64,000 bases of DNA. Origin: Bacteroidota bacterium (GTDB lineage Bacteria > Bacteroidota > Bacteroidia > 2-12-FULL-35-15). Each line of letters starts with the position of its first letter. The stretch's first letter is position 1. The position numbers and the translations under genes are program-made. Of this stretch, positions 39,390 through 47,915 are shown one piece after another. The notes under the pieces are model-generated. The model did no database searches, was not told where the DNA came from, and saw only the letters and a list, made by a program, of their open reading frames with translations. The stretch spans positions 195,056 to 259,055 of the forward strand of contig JAOQAD010000012.1 of NCBI GenBank assembly GCA_025963775.1, given 5' to 3'.

Positions 39390-41549
39390 ATGAGCCTGCT
39401 CCGCTTTGCCATTATCACTTTCCTGTTCCTGTTTTCCGGAACCTGTATTTCCCAGAATGCAGTGCTCGACTCTCTTGTAAAGAAAGACCATGAGCTCCGG
39501 GAAAATCCGGGCTACACTTCCGACACCACACGCCTGAATGTGCTTTACCTGCTGAGCCGCGAACTGATCAGCACCGGCGCTTATGCGAAGGCGGATTCTG
39601 TTGCGGCATTCAGCTACCGGCTTGCCGAACAAAAAGAGGGCGGAGACAAAAAACATAACAACCATTTTTTCAGCACTGCAAAGGCAAAGTCGATCTCCAA
39701 CCGCGGAATAGTTTCCAGCTGCCAGGGCAATCCCAACAAAGCACTGGAGCTTTTTAACAAGTCGCTCGATATATTTACGGAAACAAACGACCTGAACAAC
39801 ATCTCCAAGATGCAGGGCAATATTGGAAATGTATTGAAAGACCAGGGCAGCTATGCAAAGGCTTTAGAATCTTATTTCAAGGCATTGAAGCTTTCCGAAG
39901 GACTCAGCAACAAGCGCGCTACAGCCATTCACCTTGCCAACATCGGGAACGTTTACAAAGCACAGCTCGATTACCCGAAATCGCTGGTGTATTATTTCAA
40001 GGCGCTGGCGCTTGCTGAGGAGCTGAAAGACAGCAGGGGCATTGCAGCCGACCTGAGCAATATCGGGATTGTTTATAAAAGCCAGGGTGACTATGAAAAA
40101 GCGCTGGTATATTATTTCAAGGCGCTGAAGATGGCGGAATCACTTGATTACAAGCTGCTCATCGCGAATACGCTCGGCAACATAGGAAATGTATATAGTG
40201 TGCAGAAAAAATACAATGAGGCACTTGATTATTTGCGGAAAGGACTGAAGATCGACGAAGAGCTGGGTGACAAGGCCGGCATTGCGCGGCTGAGCGGAAA
40301 CATTGCAACTATTTATACGGAACAGAAAAAGTATGCCGAAGCGGAACAGTTCCTGGAAAGGGGATTGGCACTTGGAAAAGAAGCCGGCGACCTGAACGTG
40401 ATCAAGGATCAGCACGATGGGTTGAGCAAAGTATATGAACGCGAAGGGCGATGGAATGAATCACTGAGAGAATACAAGCTTTATACGGCTGCAAAAGACA
40501 GCATTTTCAATGAAGAGAACACAAAAAAAGCATTGCGCTCCGAACTGAATTTTGAATTTGAAAAGAAGGCCACTGCCGACAGTGTAAGGAATGCAGGTGC
40601 ACAAAAAATAAAAGATGCAGCCATCAAAGCACAGGAAGCCGAGCTCAAACAGGAGCGGACGCAGCGCTATTCATTATATGGCGGCCTGCTGCTGGTTCTT
40701 ATTTTTTCTGCATTCCTTTTCAACCGCTTCCAGATCACCACCAGGCAAAAGCGCGTGATCGAGCAGCAGAAAGTGATTGTGGAAGAGAAGAACAAGGAAG
40801 TGATCGATTCGATCAACTATGCAAGAAGGATCCAGGATGCATTATTAAAGGAGGGCGAAGGCTCCGGGATGCCCGAACATTTCATCCTGTTCAAACCGAA
40901 AGATATTGTTTCCGGTGATTTTTACTGGAGCGTTGAAAAGCAGGGCTACTGGTATTTTTGCGTTGCCGATTGCACAGGACATGGTGTTCCAGGCGCTTTC
41001 ATGAGCATGCTCGGGATCGCTTACCTCAATGAGATCACTTCGAGCGCAAACATTCTGAGTCCATCGGAAATACTTGACCAGCTGCGGGAAAAGATCGTGA
41101 AGGAGTTAAAACAAAAGGGAGAGAGCGGCGAAAGCAAGGATGGAATGGACATTTCACTGATCAGGTACCATGCAGGAAAACAGGAGCTGCAATGGGCCGG
41201 GGCAAACAACCCGCTGTGGGTTTATAAAAACGGGCAGGCCGGATTGCTGGAGATCAAGCCCGATAAGCAGCCGATCGGCTATACCATTTCACCTGTCCCC
41301 TTCCGCAATCACACACTGAGCGTACAAAAAGGTGATATTCTTTACCTGTTCACCGACGGTTACGCCGATCAGTTCGGCGGACCGAAAGGAAAAAAATTCA
41401 AGTACAAGCAACTGCAGGAATCGATCATCAGCGTTTATGAAAAATCGTTAACGGAACAGAAAGAATTTCTTGACAGGACATTCGAACGCTGGAAAGGGTC
41501 ACTGGAACAACTTGATGATGTTGCTTTTGCAGGCATCCGTGTTCAATAA
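39390..41549 (+). CDS. TPR-repeat / TM / PP2C (SpoIIE-type) protein phosphatase
   Basis: Has about 7 TPR units (YFKALKxxE repeats), one TM helix, the juxtamembrane EEKNKEVIDSINYARRIQDALL block and a PP2C domain (DCTGHGVPGAFMS, FTDGYADQFGG). Confidence 0.8.
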   Translation: MSLLRFAIITFLFLFSGTCISQNAVLDSLVKKDHELRENPGYTSDTTRLNVLYLLSRELISTGAYAKADSVAAFSYRLAEQKEGGDKKHNNHFFSTAKAKSISNRGIVSSCQGNPNKALELFNKSLDIFTETNDLNNISKMQGNIGNVLKDQGSYAKALESYFKALKLSEGLSNKRATAIHLANIGNVYKAQLDYPKSLVYYFKALALAEELKDSRGIAADLSNIGIVYKSQGDYEKALVYYFKALKMAESLDYKLLIANTLGNIGNVYSVQKKYNEALDYLRKGLKIDEELGDKAGIARLSGNIATIYTEQKKYAEAEQFLERGLALGKEAGDLNVIKDQHDGLSKVYEREGRWNESLREYKLYTAAKDSIFNEENTKKALRSELNFEFEKKATADSVRNAGAQKIKDAAIKAQEAELKQERTQRYSLYGGLLLVLIFSAFLFNRFQITTRQKRVIEQQKVIVEEKNKEVIDSINYARRIQDALLKEGEGSGMPEHFILFKPKDIVSGDFYWSVEKQGYWYFCVADCTGHGVPGAFMSMLGIAYLNEITSSANILSPSEILDQLREKIVKELKQKGESGESKDGMDISLIRYHAGKQELQWAGANNPLWVYKNGQAGLLEIKPDKQPIGYTISPVPFRNHTLSVQKGDILYLFTDGYADQFGGPKGKKFKYKQLQESIISVYEKSLTEQKEFLDRTFERWKGSLEQLDDVAFAGIRVQ

Positions 41550-41554
41550 ACGCA

Positions 41555-41594
41555 AAAAGCACAGATCTATCCGAAGGGATAGATCTGTGCTTTT
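41555..41594. terminator. Bidirectional terminator hairpin
   Basis: aaaagcacagatctatcc-gaag-ggatagatctgtgctttt is an 18-bp perfect stem flanked by A- and T-runs. Confidence 0.7.
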
Positions 41595-41608
41595 GAAATG
41601 CGCTTAGG

Positions 41609-41722
41609 TTATTTCACCAAAGGCATTACGTATTTTTTTACATCATCTAAAGTAACACCGTACTTTTTTGCGACCTGGTATGCTACTGCAGCTCCCAATG
41701 TCAATAATATCAACTTTTTCAT
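41609..41722 (-). CDS. Possible 37-aa small membrane protein (not in ORF track)
   Basis: The hand translation is MKKLILLTLGAAVAYQVAKKYGVTLDDVKKYVMPLVK. It has an ATG start and lies beside the bidirectional terminator. Confidence 0.3.
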   Translation of the reverse strand: MKKLILLTLGAAVAYQVAKKYGVTLDDVKKYVMPLVK

Positions 41723-41945
41723 AATTTTCTTTATTAGTTAATTTACTTTTATCCCTTCCAATTGCATGCCAGTGCTGCCTGCAGACAAGGGTTCATCGGC
41801 AGGCGGGACGAATGAGCGTTTGAAAGTCCGGAATCTGCAAGCGGCGGAAAACCAGGAACGATAACCACTCCATTTGTTCAACACAATTGTGTGGAAATGC
41901 ACGTAAGCAATGGGAAATTTGTACCTTGTAAGAATATATCGATCC

Positions 41946-42461
41946 ATGATAAAAAAGAGCAGGCTCCTTTTCATAAAAACAATTGCACTGTCGGTGATCC
42001 TGCTTTTGTCAGGCTGCCAGGCAAATCTTCAATGGTTCCTGCGTAACCTGACGCAGAAAGCGGTGGTGCTGACGCTTCATTATGAAACGAAACAGGAAAA
42101 ATACAGGAGAAGTTATCTCCCTTTGAGAGAAAAGTATGTTTCCTTTAAAAAGGAAATTATGAAAATCGATTACAGCACAGAGGCGATCCTTGATGACAGC
42201 CTGCCAGTCACCATGACCGACAGCTCAACTTATCAATTGGTGATCCCCGCAAGATCAACAGTGGAGCTAACGTACATTATACCTACTGATTATGGTTATC
42301 ACAGCAATGTAGTGGCCATCCTTCAGCAGGAAGGCACAATGTATTCTGTGAACACCAGCAGCGCCTTCGACAAACACAGTCCTTTTCACATGGCAGGCGG
42401 GCTTACGTTGAAAAACCTGGTCTATTATGATTACGGGACAACAGAAAAAGACAGTCAGTAA
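41946..42461 (+). CDS. Hypothetical lipoprotein
   Basis: The start is moved to MIKKSRLLFIKTIALSVILLLSGC (lipobox). Confidence 0.5.
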   Translation: MIKKSRLLFIKTIALSVILLLSGCQANLQWFLRNLTQKAVVLTLHYETKQEKYRRSYLPLREKYVSFKKEIMKIDYSTEAILDDSLPVTMTDSSTYQLVIPARSTVELTYIIPTDYGYHSNVVAILQQEGTMYSVNTSSAFDKHSPFHMAGGLTLKNLVYYDYGTTEKDSQ

Positions 42462-42479
42462 ATATTCCGATCAAATTTT

Positions 42480-42974
42480 ATGAACCCTATTTTAAAAACG
42501 CCTCGTCTTTATTTCCGTGAGTTCAGCATGGATGATGCACAATTGCTGATCGACCTGAACAGTGATCCGGAAGTAACGCGCTTTACAGGCGACGGGCCCG
42601 TGGATGAAACTGAAGCGGCACGCGTACTGAAAGATATTATTCTTCCGCAGTATCCAAATAAGATCGGCCGCTGGGCAGTGCATTTGAATGCAACGGATGA
42701 GTTCATCGGCTGGTGCGGATTAAAATACATTGAATCCCTTGACGAGATCGACCTCGGCTATCGCTTTTTCAAAAAGCACTGGGGAAAAGGCTATGCAACA
42801 GAATCGGCGAAGGCAGTGATGGAGTACGGATTGAAAGTTCTTCAGTTAAAGCAGATCGTTGGAAGGGCTGCAGTGGACAATCACAATTCAATAGCTGTAC
42901 TGCAAAAGGCCGGCCTGCATTTTAAGGAAGAAGGTTTTGAGCACGGGGAGAAGATTGTGAAATATACTACATGA
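42480..42974 (+). CDS. GNAT family N-acetyltransferase (RimJ/RimL-like)
   Basis: Contains RLYFREFSMDDA...WCGLKY...GYRFFKKHWGKGYATE. Confidence 0.75.
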   Translation: MNPILKTPRLYFREFSMDDAQLLIDLNSDPEVTRFTGDGPVDETEAARVLKDIILPQYPNKIGRWAVHLNATDEFIGWCGLKYIESLDEIDLGYRFFKKHWGKGYATESAKAVMEYGLKVLQLKQIVGRAAVDNHNSIAVLQKAGLHFKEEGFEHGEKIVKYTT

Positions 42975-42992
42975 GCGCTTTTTTTACACGGA

Positions 42993-43150
42993 GGAACGGA
43001 GACACAGAGCTGCACAGAGATAAACGGGTTCTTGGGAAAACGTCATTGCTTCTCCGACGCGGCAGATCGCAATGACCTGCGATTATGATAGCGTCAGTTC
43101 GAGTAGCGAGGTACGAGCGTATCGAGAACAAGCATATCGGGAACAAGCTA
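42993..43150. repeat. Composite repeat block
   Basis: 42993-43026 is a CTCTGCG-family variant (cacagagctgcacagaga). 43042-43076 is the palindrome gtcattgcttctccgacgcggcagatcgcaatgac. 43093-43150 is a family A left half with a duplicated atcg(a/g)gaacaagc. Confidence 0.7.
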
Positions 43151-43352
43151 CTAAATCATGCTGCATCCAACATACTGAGCCGCATTAGATGTTTTGCCCC
43201 GCCGGGGCAATTATCATGCACGATTGAACCGTCTAAAGATATTTGGCCTCTCTGAGGCCATTTCACATAGATGCGGCGATCCTTCAAGTACCTGGACACA
43301 GCCTTATCCAAGATAATGGAGCCGGCCGGCCGAAAGCAAGGCGAAAGCTATT

Positions 43353-43805
43353 TCATTTGTCATTCATCAAATAATCAAAATGGATGACCTTTTGTCCCAC
43401 CGCTCCTGTTGATCTATAAAACTTAACAGCATAATCATCCACTTCATCTGCCTCCACCATCACCGCTTCTGCGCCTATGCTTTTGCAATATTCATTGTTC
43501 CCCACGATCAGCATTTTGCCTATTCCCTTCCACTGAACTTCCCTTTTCACAGCAAGGTCGAAGATATACACCAGCGGCGATGTTGAATAATACTGCTGCA
43601 TGATGTAGGAAGTAAGTCCGCCAACAACTTTATTATCCAGCAATGCCACAAAAACAAAGAAATCATCCTTGTCCAGTAATTGCTGAAGATGTGCCCGCGC
43701 AGGGATTTTGAAATCTTTCATTTCAAAAACATCTTCAAAGAGAAAGACCAGTTCCGTGAACTTTTCAATGTCTTTGTGATCTAATTTTTCGATTTTAATA
43801 TCCAT
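43353..43805 (-). CDS. GNAT acetyltransferase resembling AAC(3)-I aminoglycoside 3-N-acetyltransferases
   Basis: 150 aa. By eye it is collinear with AAC(3)-Ia as I recall it (VVGGLTSY...VYIFDLAV...KGIG...GAEAVMVEADEVDDYAVKFY...VIHFD versus VVGALAAY...IYIYDLAV...QGIA...[20 protein letters not shown]...VMHFD). Confidence 0.55.
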   Translation of the reverse strand: MDIKIEKLDHKDIEKFTELVFLFEDVFEMKDFKIPARAHLQQLLDKDDFFVFVALLDNKVVGGLTSYIMQQYYSTSPLVYIFDLAVKREVQWKGIGKMLIVGNNEYCKSIGAEAVMVEADEVDDYAVKFYRSTGAVGQKVIHFDYLMNDK

Positions 43806-43821
43806 GCTATTTTAAAATATG

Positions 43822-44418
43822 TCAGGCTGTAATCCTCGAAAACTTAAACCGTTGAAAGTCATTAAACACCTCAATTGTATTTTTGTCTGTAAAGGAAATG
43901 GAATAAGTTGCTGTAATTAACGTGGGTATTTCTTTATAGCTGAGATCAGTATTATAATAGTTGAACTGGGTCAAAACAAGCTGCTTGTCCGGAGTGATGT
44001 AATACTCGTAAATATGGCTTCCGCTTTCCGTAAAATAAAATTTCGCAGTGCTGTTAAAATGTAATTCGCCCCAGGCGGTTAGCGTAACGGACGATGCGTC
44101 CGAAAACACCACTTTAGCTTTTGGTTTGAGGCTGGTCTGAAGAAATTCCATTGGCGTATCTCCATTCAATTCCCAGGAACCTTCAAGCAATTTTGTGGAC
44201 TTTTTATCGACAGAATAAGCAGACCAGTCATTTTTAAATTTATTGTTTTTTTGACCTGTGTTAACGTTTGTATCCTTAACTGCTTTCTGAGGCTTGCCGT
44301 TCACGATCCGGTTGGCTATTTCTTCTGAGCTTGGGGAATGGATATCCTTCTGGGTGTTATTAGGGCCGCAGGAAGCAAGGAGAAAAATTGAACCAATAAG
44401 TAAAATCGTCGTTTTCAA
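43822..44418 (-). CDS. Hypothetical lipoprotein
   Basis: Has a signal and lipobox (LLASCG) and lies in an AT-rich region. No motif recognised. Confidence 0.5.
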   Translation of the reverse strand: MKTTILLIGSIFLLASCGPNNTQKDIHSPSSEEIANRIVNGKPQKAVKDTNVNTGQKNNKFKNDWSAYSVDKKSTKLLEGSWELNGDTPMEFLQTSLKPKAKVVFSDASSVTLTAWGELHFNSTAKFYFTESGSHIYEYYITPDKQLVLTQFNYYNTDLSYKEIPTLITATYSISFTDKNTIEVFNDFQRFKFSRITA

Positions 44419-44518
44419 TTGGTACTACAATTTGGGATATTTAAATTCGGAAAACTTCACAAGATAAATATACCTCTTTTTAACAAGCCCCACAATTTCC
44501 CAATCTTCAATCCCTTCC

Positions 44519-45595
44519 CTAAAACAACTCCAGCTGCTGCACTTCCCCCGGCCTTCTGAAAGCCGTCAGGTCATAATCAAACCGCTCGCGGCCGGCTAAA
44601 TATTTTTTCACCGACATTTTAAACAACTGCCTGATGGATGCTGCAATATTTCCTTCGCCGCTCATGCGGGTTCCGTAACGGCTGTCGTTCAGCGTGCCGC
44701 CATGCACACTCTCGATATGGTTCAGCACTTTTTCGGCCCTGTCGGGATAATTTTTATGGATCCAATCCTTAAAGATGGCCCCGATCGACCCGTTCAAACG
44801 GACGATCGTATAGCCTGCACAATCTGCTCCGTGGTCAGCCGCCGCTTTGATCAGCTCCGGGATCTCATCGCTGTTCAAACCGGGAATGATCGGCGCAGTC
44901 ATCACCCCGGTTGGGATTCCTGCTTTGCTCAGCTGCTCGATCACTTTCAGCCTGTTCCGTGCTGTCGCTGTGCGTGGCTCCATCTTCAGGCGCAAGTCTT
45001 CACGCAAACTGGTGATCGAGACCATCACATGCACGATCTTCAGCTTCGCCATCTCCTGCAGAATATCGGTATCGCGGAGGATCAGGCTGTTCTTCGTGAT
45101 CATGCCTGCCGGATGCCTGAATTTCAGCAGCACTTCCAGCATCTGCCTTGTGATCTTCAATTTGCGCTCCACCGGCTGGTAACAATCGGTGTTCCCCGAA
45201 AACATGATGGGCGCCACCTGCCAGTTCTTGTTCATGAACTGTTTCTCCAGTACCTGTGCGGCATTCGGCTTGGCGATGATCTTACGCTCAAAATCGAGCC
45301 CGGCACTGTAACCCCAGTATTCATGTGTATTACGTGCATAGCAGTAAATGCAGCCGTGCTCGCATCCCTGGTAAGGATTCATGGAATACATACCTTTGAT
45401 GTCGGGACTGTTCACAATGTTCACGATCTTTTTCGGATGCTCGTACAGGATCTGCGTTTTCTCATCGCTGATCAATGGCTCATCCAGCATTTCATCGTGC
45501 TCCGTTACGTAGGTATTTTTTAAAAATTTGTTGGAAGTATTTACCTGTGCTCCCCTGCCCTTGTAATACAAGGGTTTTTCGTCGTTTTCCTGCAT
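44519..45595 (-). CDS. Radical SAM protein, PA0069 family
   Basis: The CEHGCIYC cluster motif is preceded by YKGRGAQVNTSNKF and NPYQGCEHG, typical of this family. Confidence 0.7.
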   Translation of the reverse strand: MQENDEKPLYYKGRGAQVNTSNKFLKNTYVTEHDEMLDEPLISDEKTQILYEHPKKIVNIVNSPDIKGMYSMNPYQGCEHGCIYCYARNTHEYWGYSAGLDFERKIIAKPNAAQVLEKQFMNKNWQVAPIMFSGNTDCYQPVERKLKITRQMLEVLLKFRHPAGMITKNSLILRDTDILQEMAKLKIVHVMVSITSLREDLRLKMEPRTATARNRLKVIEQLSKAGIPTGVMTAPIIPGLNSDEIPELIKAAADHGADCAGYTIVRLNGSIGAIFKDWIHKNYPDRAEKVLNHIESVHGGTLNDSRYGTRMSGEGNIAASIRQLFKMSVKKYLAGRERFDYDLTAFRRPGEVQQLELF

Positions 45596-45673
45596 ATTCT
45601 AAAGGTACAAACGAAGGCAAAAAATTAAAAAGGAAAAGGAAAAAACTTTTTAACAAATCACTATCTTTACTAA

Positions 45674-46648
45674 ATGAACAACTACAACAGACTTCCGGCG
45701 CTCTGCCTTTTTTTACTAACACTATTTGCTACGGGATGTAGCAAGGTTGCGGACCATAACCGCTTCCTGAAGGAACACGGAATTACCGAAACCGATAAAG
45801 TGCCGGTGGACTACGCCGGACAGAACGGCTGGAAGGAGCTTGCAGGAAACTACGTTTATTTCCTGGATATTTTCAATACCTATCCGAACCCGCAAATGAT
45901 ATACATCGTAGCAAATAAAAAAGAAGGCAAGCTGGTGGGGCTGATGCATGTAAACCCGCAGATCATGATCGCAGCCATTGCAAAGGGCGTGAACCCGGCC
46001 ACCATTGTTACGAATTATGAAGAGATCAGTCCGCAGGACATTGCAAAGGCAAATGACATGACGGAGTTCAATGCGCTTCTCCGTGCCATGCCGGAAATGA
46101 AGGATTTCAAATGGAAGAACACGATGCAGAACCAGATCGCATCAGGCATCATGTTAAAAACGCATTTTATTTATGTGTCAAAAAAGTCGGTCGAGGATAA
46201 ACTCTTCACCTATTCGGAGCAGCCCGTAATGCAGGATCACGGCCAGCAGCTTGCAAACATCTTCCAAAGCGATTACGCACTTTATCACCGCGATGTGCAG
46301 CGCCTGAACAGGAGCGTGGAGATGGGACAGTTCATTACCGCACTTGGATTTCATTATGAAAGCAAAGGTAAGGGCGGCATCATCCACAGCACAGATAAAT
46401 TCTACATCGGGGACTTAATAAAAAATGACCCGATCAATTTTGAAGGAAAGGGAAAAATGTTCTTTTTCATCCCGATGAAATGTTACACCCGCCCTGTAAA
46501 AAGCGAAGAAACGCCTTATTACTACCCGGCGATCGAAACCTATGAATATTCGCTTACACCTGATGCGGAAGGATTCCCCGTGTTCAAACGCAACACACAT
46601 TTTGCTTCGCTGCTCAGAAATCAAAACGAAGAAATAACAAGACCATGA
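45674..46648 (+). CDS. Hypothetical lipoprotein
   Basis: Has a lipobox LFATGC. Its stop overlaps the next start (ATGA at 46645-46648). Confidence 0.55.
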   Translation: MNNYNRLPALCLFLLTLFATGCSKVADHNRFLKEHGITETDKVPVDYAGQNGWKELAGNYVYFLDIFNTYPNPQMIYIVANKKEGKLVGLMHVNPQIMIAAIAKGVNPATIVTNYEEISPQDIAKANDMTEFNALLRAMPEMKDFKWKNTMQNQIASGIMLKTHFIYVSKKSVEDKLFTYSEQPVMQDHGQQLANIFQSDYALYHRDVQRLNRSVEMGQFITALGFHYESKGKGGIIHSTDKFYIGDLIKNDPINFEGKGKMFFFIPMKCYTRPVKSEETPYYYPAIETYEYSLTPDAEGFPVFKRNTHFASLLRNQNEEITRP

Positions 46649-47694
46649 AAAAATATAGCTGCCTGATCATCCTGTTTCTGTTTGTGCTCAGCACAAAGGC
46701 GCAAACCATATTCATGGATTCGGTGTCACATGCAAGCACGCAGCACACACCTTTGGACATCCTCTCGGGCGACGGCCATGATACGATCGTATGCTACAAG
46801 CAGGCACACAGGAATATTTATTTGCTGGTAACCCTGCTGATCGTGGTGATCGCCATCGTTGCCATCAAGCTGCTGCTGCTGAACAGGAAAACAAACAAAA
46901 TGCTGAAGCACAAGAACGAGGTGATCGAAGAAAAGAACAAGAACATCACCGACAGCATCAATTATGCAAAGCGCCTTCAGAATGCGATCCTGCCACCGCG
47001 TGATTTTGTAAGCAGGATCCTCGCAGAGCATTTCCTGCTGTACCAGCCGAAAGATATTGTAAGCGGTGATTTTTACTGGGTCTCGGACCACGAGCACAAA
47101 TTCATGGTGGCCGCCATCGACTGCACGGGACACGGCGTACCGGGCGCATTGCTAAGCATCGTAGGCTATAATGCGATCGCGCAGACGGTGAATGAGATGA
47201 ACATCCTCAAGCCGGATGAAGTGCTGATCTCGATGAACAGGATCATCAAAAAGATCCTTCACCAGGATACCAACAGCGATATCCGCGATGGCATGGATAT
47301 GGCGCTCTGCACCTTCGACCGTAAAACAAACACGCTTGAATATTCAGGCGCCAACAACCCGATCTACATCATGAGCGATGGGAAGATGAGCATCGTAAAA
47401 GCCTCGAAGCTCACCATCGGCAGCATCCAGGAAGAAGTGCATTACCTGCCGGAACATCATTCCATACAATTAAAAAAAGGCGATTGCTTTTATATTTTCA
47501 GCGATGGCTATGCGGATCAGTTCGGCGGCAAAGACAATAAAAAATTCAAGACGAGCAGGATGCAGGAGCTGCTGCTCTCCATCAACCACAAGCCGATGCA
47601 GGAACAGGAACAGCTGATCCATGAAGCTTTTATAGACTGGAAAGGGCTGAATGAACAGGTGGATGATATTTTAGTGATTGGAGTAAGGGTATAG
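46645..47694 (+). CDS. Membrane-anchored PP2C (SpoIIE-type) protein phosphatase
   Basis: Has a signal/TM helix, a short external segment and a second TM helix, then EEKNKNITDSINYAKRLQNAILP and the PP2C domain (DCTGHGVPGALLS, FSDGYADQFGG). It is a paralogue of the C-terminal half of 39390..41549. Confidence 0.8.
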   Translation: MKKYSCLIILFLFVLSTKAQTIFMDSVSHASTQHTPLDILSGDGHDTIVCYKQAHRNIYLLVTLLIVVIAIVAIKLLLLNRKTNKMLKHKNEVIEEKNKNITDSINYAKRLQNAILPPRDFVSRILAEHFLLYQPKDIVSGDFYWVSDHEHKFMVAAIDCTGHGVPGALLSIVGYNAIAQTVNEMNILKPDEVLISMNRIIKKILHQDTNSDIRDGMDMALCTFDRKTNTLEYSGANNPIYIMSDGKMSIVKASKLTIGSIQEEVHYLPEHHSIQLKKGDCFYIFSDGYADQFGGKDNKKFKTSRMQELLLSINHKPMQEQEQLIHEAFIDWKGLNEQVDDILVIGVRV

Positions 47695-47727
47695 TTTTTC
47701 ACGAAGAAACACTGCTTTATCAGAACG

Positions 47728-47898
47728 TTCCCCTCCTCCCGGGAGAGGACAGTTGTGGTATTAAATTGAAAACCGCTAACCACCCCATCCCTCCTGAGAG
47801 GAGGGAGCCGATCCTGCTCACTTTAAAAATTTGTGACCTTAAATTTTACTCAAATCTTTCCACGGAGCATTCCCCTCCTTCCAGGAGGGGCAGGGTGG
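47728..47898. repeat. Three CACCCC-hairpin repeats (E3-E5) in the PP2C-dinB spacer
   Basis: The copies are 47728-47758 (inverted), 47780-47808 (ccaccccatccctcctgagaggagggagc) and 47868-47898 (inverted). Confidence 0.7.
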
Positions 47899-47915
47899 TA
47901 GACAAGCAATAACCA

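Noticed and set aside
47718-47732. The GAACGTTC palindrome upstream of dinB as a possible SOS (LexA) box.
   Set aside because: It has no spacer, so it does not fit the CGAAC-N4-GTTCG type. It overlaps the start of a repeat element and lies about 190 nt from the dinB start. No second half-site pattern was seen.
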